NCBI GenBank assembly: GCA_045637625.1
Contig: JAZTZU010000005.1
Coordinates: 10,236 to 74,235 of the forward strand
Length of the DNA stretch: 64,000 nucleotides
Direction of reading: 5' to 3'
Source: Eubacteriales bacterium
GTDB taxonomy: Bacteria; Bacillota; Clostridia; Oscillospirales; UBA644
A program made the translations under genes and the position numbers. The notes beneath the pieces are model-generated. The model was given only the letters and a program-made list of their open reading frames with translations, searched no databases and was not told the DNA's origin. The stretch's first letter is position 1. The number at the start of each line of letters is the position of its first letter. Below, piece by piece: positions 57,976-64,000 of this stretch.

Positions 57976-59409
57976 ATGCAGCTTTATAACTCACTCACAA
58001 GAAAAAAGGACGATTTCGTACCTAATGAACCCGGAAAAGTTTCAATGTACACCTGCGGTCCTACGGTTTATCATTTCGCACATATAGGAAATCTCCGCAG
58101 TTACATCATGGAAGATATTCTTGAAAAATATCTCAGATACAGCGAATATGATGTTAAACGCGTTATGAACATCACAGACGTAGGTCACCTCACAAGCGAT
58201 GCCGATGAAGGCGAAGACAAGATGCTCAAGGGTGCAAAACGTGAAAAGAAAACAGTAATGGATATTGCTAAATTCTATACCGATGCATTTTTTGCAGACT
58301 GCGCAAAACTCAATATCAAAACTCCCGATGTTGTCGTTCCTGCCACAAGCTATATTGATGAATTCATCAAAGTTATCGAATCTCTTATCGAAAAAGGTTA
58401 TGCTTACGAAGCAGGCGGAAATATTTACTTCGATACTTCAAAGCTCGAACAGTACTACGTTTTCAACGATTTCAAAGAAGAAGATCTCGCTGTAGGTGTA
58501 CGTGAAGGCGTTGAAGGAGACTCCAACAAGAAAAACAAAACAGACTTCGTTCTCTGGTTCACAAAATCCAAATTTGACGACCAGGAACTTAAATGGGACA
58601 GTCCATGGGGTATCGGATATCCCGGTTGGCATATCGAATGTTCCTGCATCAGCATGAAAAATCTCGGAGAATCTCTTGATATTCATTGCGGCGGCATAGA
58701 CAACGCATTCCCCCACCATACAAATGAGATCGCACAGAGCGAAGCTTATCTCGGCCATAAATGGTGCAACTACTGGTTCCACGTTCACCACCTCAACACA
58801 AACAGCGGTAAGATGAGTAAATCTACAGGTGAGTTCCTGACAGTTTCTCTTCTCGAAGAAAAAGGTTACGATCCCCTTGTTTACAGATTCTTCTGCCTCC
58901 AGTCCCATTACAGAAAATCCCTTGTATTCTCCTATGAAAACCTTGACAATGCGGCTGTTGCATTCAACAAGCTGGTTGCAAGAATTGCGGCTCTGCACAA
59001 GGAAGAAGCAGGAGCTGTTGACAATGAAGTTTTCGCTCAGCTCAAGGCAAAATTCATGGAAGCCCTTGATAACGATATGAATACATCCCTTGCGGTTACA
59101 GCACTTTACGATGTTCTCAAGGCAAACACAACTCCCGCAACAAAGATTGCACTCATCGAAGACTTCGACAGAGTTCTTTCCCTGGACCTCAACGCAAAGG
59201 CAAAGAAACTCCTTGAAGCTGAAACCGCTGAAGCCGAAGAAAAGAGCAGCGATCCTTTCGTTCAGGAAATCGAAGCACTCCTCGCTGAAAGACAGCAGGC
59301 TAAAAAAGATAAAAATTTCGCCCGCGCTGACGAGATCAGAGACGGTCTCAAAGCAAGAGGCATAATCATCGAAGACACACCAACAGGCGCAAAATGGAAA
59401 CAGATCTGA
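57976..59409 (+). CDS. cysS: Cysteine--tRNA ligase
   Basis: MYTCGPTVYHFAHIGNLRSY (HIGH-type) and GKMSKSTGE. Confidence 0.95.
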   Translation: MQLYNSLTRKKDDFVPNEPGKVSMYTCGPTVYHFAHIGNLRSYIMEDILEKYLRYSEYDVKRVMNITDVGHLTSDADEGEDKMLKGAKREKKTVMDIAKFYTDAFFADCAKLNIKTPDVVVPATSYIDEFIKVIESLIEKGYAYEAGGNIYFDTSKLEQYYVFNDFKEEDLAVGVREGVEGDSNKKNKTDFVLWFTKSKFDDQELKWDSPWGIGYPGWHIECSCISMKNLGESLDIHCGGIDNAFPHHTNEIAQSEAYLGHKWCNYWFHVHHLNTNSGKMSKSTGEFLTVSLLEEKGYDPLVYRFFCLQSHYRKSLVFSYENLDNAAVAFNKLVARIAALHKEEAGAVDNEVFAQLKAKFMEALDNDMNTSLAVTALYDVLKANTTPATKIALIEDFDRVLSLDLNAKAKKLLEAETAEAEEKSSDPFVQEIEALLAERQQAKKDKNFARADEIRDGLKARGIIIEDTPTGAKWKQI

Positions 59410-61433
59410 CGAAAAAAGTCGATACGTTAAAGGGCATCGGACCGAAAAGGGCTGATGCCCTCAAAAAACTCGGCATTTCCACGCTGAGAGACCTGCTGTT
59501 TTATTTTCCGCGAACATATACCGATCTTTCGGATGTAAAAAACCTCGAAGATACTTTCGACGGCGAAACCGCGGCAGTCAAAGGACGAATAATTTCCGAA
59601 GTCAAAACAAAACGGGCAGGAGCGGGCGGAAAACTGATAATCACAAAATTTGTGGTAAGTTCAGGCTCTTCAGAAATGTCAGTAACGCTTTTCAATCAAA
59701 AATTTCTCGCTGAAAAACTCCGAAAAGACGAAGAGTATCTGTTTTACGGAAAGATCGTAAAAACGGGATTCTTCTACGAAATGAAAAGTCCCAAGATAGA
59801 ACCGATAGAAGAAGGCGTGATTCAGCCCGTTTACAGCATTTCGGAAGGAATTCCGCAGAAAATGATACGAAACTCCGTACGCGAAGTACTCGAATCGTAT
59901 ATTTCGACGGTGGAAGATACCCTGCCTAAGATTCTGAGAGAAAAATTCGGGCTATTATCCCTCAAAGACGCGTTAAAAAAGATACATTTACCTGAAAATC
60001 AGACTGATATTGAAGAATCCAGACGAAGATTCATATATGAAGAGTTATTTTTATTCAGGCTCGGTCTGTCACGTTCAAAAAATCAGCGAATCAAAAAACG
60101 AGCTTTCCCAATAAATTCACCGGAAAGCGTAATAGAAGATTTTTACAAACTTCTGCCCTATGCACCAACAAACGCACAGCATCGCGTAATCAGCGAATGT
60201 GTCCGTGATATGAGTAAAAATTCCGCAATGGCGCGCCTTGTTCAGGGCGATGTGGGAAGCGGAAAAACAACCGTAGCGGCAGCCCTTTTCTGCCACGCGG
60301 CTGCGGCTGGATTCCAGTCCTGCATGATGGCGCCGACAGAAGTCCTTGCAATCCAGCATTTCAAATCACTCCAACCTCTTCTGGAAAAAGCAGGATTAAA
60401 AACCGCACTTCTTACGGGAAGCACACCGCAATCACAACGAAAAATAATTCTTCCGCAGCTGAAAAACGGAGAAATAGATCTGTTGATCGGAACACACGCA
60501 GTAATTCAAAAGGGTGTGGAATTCGCCAAATTAGGCCTTGCGGTCACAGACGAACAGCACAGATTCGGAGTAAACCAACGGGAAATGCTCTCAGAAAAAG
60601 GGCAGAACCCCCACGTTCTCGTGATGTCAGCAACGCCCATTCCACGAAGCATGGCGCTTATAATGTACGGAGATCTGGACGTTTCGGTTATCGACGAACT
60701 TCCTGCGGGAAGGCAGAAAATTTCAACCTTTTTAGTCGGAACAGATTACCGTGAAAGAATGTACAATTATCTCAGAAACGAAGTCATGGGCGGCTGTCAG
60801 GCTTATATCGTGTGTCCGTTGGTTGAGGATTCCGACGGCATGGAAGATGTTGTTTCGGTAACTTCATTCTGGGAAGAGCTGACCTCAAAGTGGTTGAGAT
60901 ATTTAAACGTGGAATTTCTGCACGGAAAAATGAAATCTGCCGAAAAAGAGATTATTTTAAAGAATTTCAGCGAAGGGAACACACGTGTTCTGGTCAGCAC
61001 AACAGTCATTGAAGTAGGGATAAATGTCCCCAATTCGACAATTATGATAATCGAAAATGCCGACAGGTTCGGACTTTCCCAGCTGCATCAGCTGAGAGGA
61101 CGTGTGGGCAGAGGTTCTAAAAAAAGCTACTGTTTCCTTGTTTCGGACAGCAAATCCGCAAAAGAACGACTGGAAAAATTCTGCTCAACCACAGACGGAT
61201 TTGTTATCAGCCGCATGGATCTTGAACAGCGTGGACCCGGGGACTTTTTCGGTTCACGGCAGCACGGGTTACCTGATTTTGCAATGGCATCGCTGACGGA
61301 TATGAAAGGGCTTGACGAAGCCGGAAAAATGGTGGAATTTTATCTTGCCGTCCGCGAAGCAATCCCCGAAAAGGAATCTTCCTCAGTTGACTCTGCAGTT
61401 CAAAGACTCTTCGGAACAGTTGCAATGAATTGA
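59394..61433 (+). CDS. recG: ATP-dependent DNA helicase RecG
   Basis: Wedge domain, Walker A GDVGSGKT, DEQHRFG, and QLHQLRGRVGRG. Overlaps cysS by 16 nt. Confidence 0.92.
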   Translation: METDLTKKVDTLKGIGPKRADALKKLGISTLRDLLFYFPRTYTDLSDVKNLEDTFDGETAAVKGRIISEVKTKRAGAGGKLIITKFVVSSGSSEMSVTLFNQKFLAEKLRKDEEYLFYGKIVKTGFFYEMKSPKIEPIEEGVIQPVYSISEGIPQKMIRNSVREVLESYISTVEDTLPKILREKFGLLSLKDALKKIHLPENQTDIEESRRRFIYEELFLFRLGLSRSKNQRIKKRAFPINSPESVIEDFYKLLPYAPTNAQHRVISECVRDMSKNSAMARLVQGDVGSGKTTVAAALFCHAAAAGFQSCMMAPTEVLAIQHFKSLQPLLEKAGLKTALLTGSTPQSQRKIILPQLKNGEIDLLIGTHAVIQKGVEFAKLGLAVTDEQHRFGVNQREMLSEKGQNPHVLVMSATPIPRSMALIMYGDLDVSVIDELPAGRQKISTFLVGTDYRERMYNYLRNEVMGGCQAYIVCPLVEDSDGMEDVVSVTSFWEELTSKWLRYLNVEFLHGKMKSAEKEIILKNFSEGNTRVLVSTTVIEVGINVPNSTIMIIENADRFGLSQLHQLRGRVGRGSKKSYCFLVSDSKSAKERLEKFCSTTDGFVISRMDLEQRGPGDFFGSRQHGLPDFAMASLTDMKGLDEAGKMVEFYLAVREAIPEKESSSVDSAVQRLFGTVAMN

Positions 61434-61469
61434 TAACCATATATTTCAGCATATTGCAAAGAAAACCTC

Positions 61470-61498
61470 TTGACAACAGGCGAATATTGTGGTATAAT
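61470..61498 (+). promoter_or_regulatory. Promoter of the zinc-ribbon/TM2 gene
   Basis: TTGACA, 17 nt, (TGg)TATAAT. Confidence 0.6.
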
Positions 61499-61536
61499 GT
61501 TTTTGAAAAATAAGAACAAATCAGGAGGAAACACTT

Positions 61537-61881
61537 ATGTTTTGTAAAAATTGCGGCAAAGCCCTTGATGACAACGCAAAATTCTGCCCTGACTGCGGCA
61601 CAGCAACTTCCGACCAGGCTCAGTCAACTGTTACCCATACAAACGGTACAGTACAGGGTCAGCCTGAGCAGAAATCCAAACTTGTTGCAGGTCTTCTCGG
61701 TATTTTTATCGGAGGTCTCGGCATACATAATTTCTACCTCGGCTACACAAGCAAGGCTGTTATCGACATCGTCCTTTCCCTTTTCTGCGGAATCGGCGCT
61801 ATCTGGGGTCTCATCGAAGGAATCATGATCCTCACAGGTCATATCGCTGTTGACGCCAACGGAGTAGCTCTCAAAGAATAA
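61537..61881 (+). CDS. Zinc-ribbon plus TM2-domain membrane protein
   Basis: CKNCGKALDDNAKFCPDCG, then TM2-type LLGIFIGGLGIHNFYLGYTSKAVIDIVLSLF. Confidence 0.75.
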   Translation: MFCKNCGKALDDNAKFCPDCGTATSDQAQSTVTHTNGTVQGQPEQKSKLVAGLLGIFIGGLGIHNFYLGYTSKAVIDIVLSLFCGIGAIWGLIEGIMILTGHIAVDANGVALKE

Positions 61882-61901
61882 TTTATTAAATTGAATTTTA
61901 T

Positions 61902-61962
61902 GGGGAAAACCTTATTTTCACGGAAAATAGGGTTTTCCCCAAACCTCTTTCCAACAAAACCG
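61902..61962 (+). repeat. Hairpin-plus-tail repeat, copy E
   Basis: GGGGAAAACCTTATTTTCACGGAAAATAGGGTTTTCCCC plus tail AAACCTCTTTCCAACAAAACCG. Starts 20 nt after the stop at 61881. Confidence 0.75.
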
Positions 61963-62050
61963 AACCTTGGATTATTTTACAGCAAAATTTCCGTCACCCA
62001 CATCTTTTACTTAAATAAAGTAGCTTGGAAACTCTTTTGTATTTATGATT

Positions 62051-62118
62051 GTGCGTAGCACAGTAAAGTTTTTTTGAAGGGGATTCGGGGAAACAATTTT
62101 TACAAAAAATGTTTCCCC
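62051..62118 (-). repeat. Hairpin-plus-tail repeat, copy G (reverse orientation)
   Basis: Plus strand reads GTGCGTAGCAC, AGTAAAGTTTTTTTGAAGGGGATTC, then GGGGAAACAATTTTTACAAAAAATGTTTCCCC. Collinear with the reverse complement of copy D. Confidence 0.7.
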
Positions 62119-62142
62119 GATCAATTATCAACATTCAAAATC

Positions 62143-62185
62143 TTCAGAATGTAAAAAAAAAATGATTTTTTGCGGTGATGTATTG
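62143..62185 (+). repeat. 43-bp perfect direct repeat, left copy
   Basis: TTCAGAATGTAAAAAAAAAATGATTTTTTGCGGTGATGTATTG, identical to 63201-63243. Its last 3 nt are the first half of a -35 hexamer. Confidence 0.95.
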
Positions 62186-62211
62186 CAAAAATTTATAATT
62201 TAGTATATAAT
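62183..62211 (+). promoter_or_regulatory. Promoter of the Abi gene
   Basis: TTGCAA, 17 nt, TATAAT. Confidence 0.6.
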
Positions 62212-62224
62212 ATAAATGATAGAG

Positions 62225-62275
62225 CCCACCACGCATAAGGCTGTTTGCACTGCGGACCACGGTGGGACTTTTTTT
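62225..62275 (+). terminator. Terminator-like hairpin plus U7 inside the Abi leader
   Basis: CCCACC (62225-62230) pairs with GGTGGG (62261-62266), with an inner CGCA/TGCG pair, followed by AC and T7 (62269-62275). Lies between the -10 and the SD. Confidence 0.4.
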
Positions 62276-62291
62276 AATTAAGGAAGCACTT

Positions 62292-63185
62292 ATGAAAGAA
62301 TTAAAGAAAGCCCTTACTTTTGATGAGCAGGTTGAACGACTGTCGAATTTTCACAAACTAACCATAGAAGACCGCGAAAAGGCTATTGAAATACTTCAAA
62401 AAGTTAATTATTACAGATTAAGCGCTTACGGTATTGGCCTGAAAGACAGAACGAATCAGGAAGAATACTCTGCAGGAATATCTCTTGAGCATATTTTTCG
62501 ATTGTATTTATTTGACAGCAAATTTAAAAACATATTATTGCATATCATAGAGCAAATTGAAGTTCAGCTGCGAACTCAAATCTCAAATCACCTCGCATTA
62601 AGATACGGACCTGAAGGATATAAAGATCCTAAAAATTTCATTTCCAAAACATCAAGGGACGGAAACGATCTGCATTGCAGTATAATAAATAACTTTCAAC
62701 GAGAATGTGAACGACAAAAGAATGTGCCTTTTGTAAAGCACCACATAGAAAAATACGAAAACCATTTTCCCATTTGGGTCGCTGTGGAATTGTTTACGTT
62801 TGGAAACCTCTCCTCGCTGTTTGATATAATGTCGAGTGAAGACAGAAAACAAATCGCTTCATTCTACAATACGGAAGATGATTATTTGGGAAGTTGGATA
62901 TTGGCATTGGTAGAAGTCAGAAACATATGTGCTCACTACGGAAGACTTTACAATATGCCCTTGAAGCAGACACCGTTTTTGTATTCGGAATACAAAAAAT
63001 ACAGAAACCCACAAAACAACAAGGTATTCCCTCTCCTATTGATAATAAAAAGAACGCTTCAGAACGATGACCGTTGGAAAAACTTTTTCTGTGAGCTTGA
63101 AGCACTTATAGACTCTTACTCTGATGTTATAATCTTTCCTTATATGGGATTCCCTTGTAATTGGAAAGAAATTCTTGGGTCATAA
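62292..63185 (+). CDS. Abi_2 (AbiD/AbiF-like) abortive-infection family protein
   Basis: KVNYYRLSAYGIGL and EVRNICAHYGRLYN signature blocks. SD AAGGAAG before the ATG at 62292. A/T-ending codon usage unlike the neighbouring genes. Confidence 0.8.
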   Translation: MKELKKALTFDEQVERLSNFHKLTIEDREKAIEILQKVNYYRLSAYGIGLKDRTNQEEYSAGISLEHIFRLYLFDSKFKNILLHIIEQIEVQLRTQISNHLALRYGPEGYKDPKNFISKTSRDGNDLHCSIINNFQRECERQKNVPFVKHHIEKYENHFPIWVAVELFTFGNLSSLFDIMSSEDRKQIASFYNTEDDYLGSWILALVEVRNICAHYGRLYNMPLKQTPFLYSEYKKYRNPQNNKVFPLLLIIKRTLQNDDRWKNFFCELEALIDSYSDVIIFPYMGFPCNWKEILGS

Positions 63186-63200
63186 AAATACAAGTTAAAT

Positions 63201-63243
63201 TTCAGAATGTAAAAAAAAAATGATTTTTTGCGGTGATGTATTG
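63201..63243 (+). repeat. 43-bp perfect direct repeat, right copy
   Basis: Identical to 62143-62185. Period is 1058 bp. Confidence 0.95.
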
Positions 63244-63269
63244 TAATGTCACAAATCATAATGTATAAT
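63241..63269 (+). promoter_or_regulatory. gdhA promoter
   Basis: TTGTAA, 17 nt, TATAAT. Confidence 0.6.
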
Positions 63270-63330
63270 AAAGTATCCGGTAAGTTTATTTCAATGAAAC
63301 GATAAACTTTTTGCCGAAAATATTAAATAA

Positions 63331-64000
<670 letters not shown>

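Overview
The window reads as an ordinary chromosomal stretch of a low-GC Gram-positive, Clostridia-like bacterium; placement beyond that needs a database search. I call 54 protein-coding genes. I recognised no rRNA, tRNA, CRISPR array, transposase, integrase or phage structural gene. Housekeeping blocks: yhbY, a nadD/yqeK fusion, rsfS and leuS; L10 leader, rplJ and rplL; ctsR-mcsA-mcsB-clpC with a CtsR box; groES-groEL with CIRCE; rpmB; a tightly overlapping recA-recX-rimO-pgsA-cysS-recG chain; cysK; and gdhA, whose 3' end is outside the window. Between them lie exported glycan-active-looking proteins: a double beta-helix GH55-like protein, two paralogous beta-helix lipoproteins, a GH92-like protein, a TIM-barrel hydrolase, a GH43 lipoprotein and an esterase. 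Other accessory content is a lysine riboswitch ahead of an NhaC-family transporter, an ArsR / HMA / P1B-ATPase metal module, an eda-kdgK fusion, and an A/T-richer block of uncharacterised genes at 9.9-16 kb. I did not find a convincing multi-gene defence or mobile system. The most unusual observations are: (1) a dense family of hairpin-plus-tail repeats just after stop codons; (2) a lone Abi_2 gene bracketed by a perfect 43-bp direct repeat that duplicates the upstream half of the gdhA promoter; (3) an ArsR-type regulator heading a tightly coupled PLP-aldolase / glycoside-hydrolase / beta-helix operon; (4) a single in-frame TGA separating the HMA domain from the P1B-ATPase core; (5) three exported-protein promoters sharing G-run + TAGACAAA, one with a G9 tract; (6) an EF-G paralogue with a degenerate G4 motif; (7) a small-membrane-protein plus tandem XRE module with palindromic operator candidates. 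All functional calls come from motif recognition by eye; no search or computation was run.
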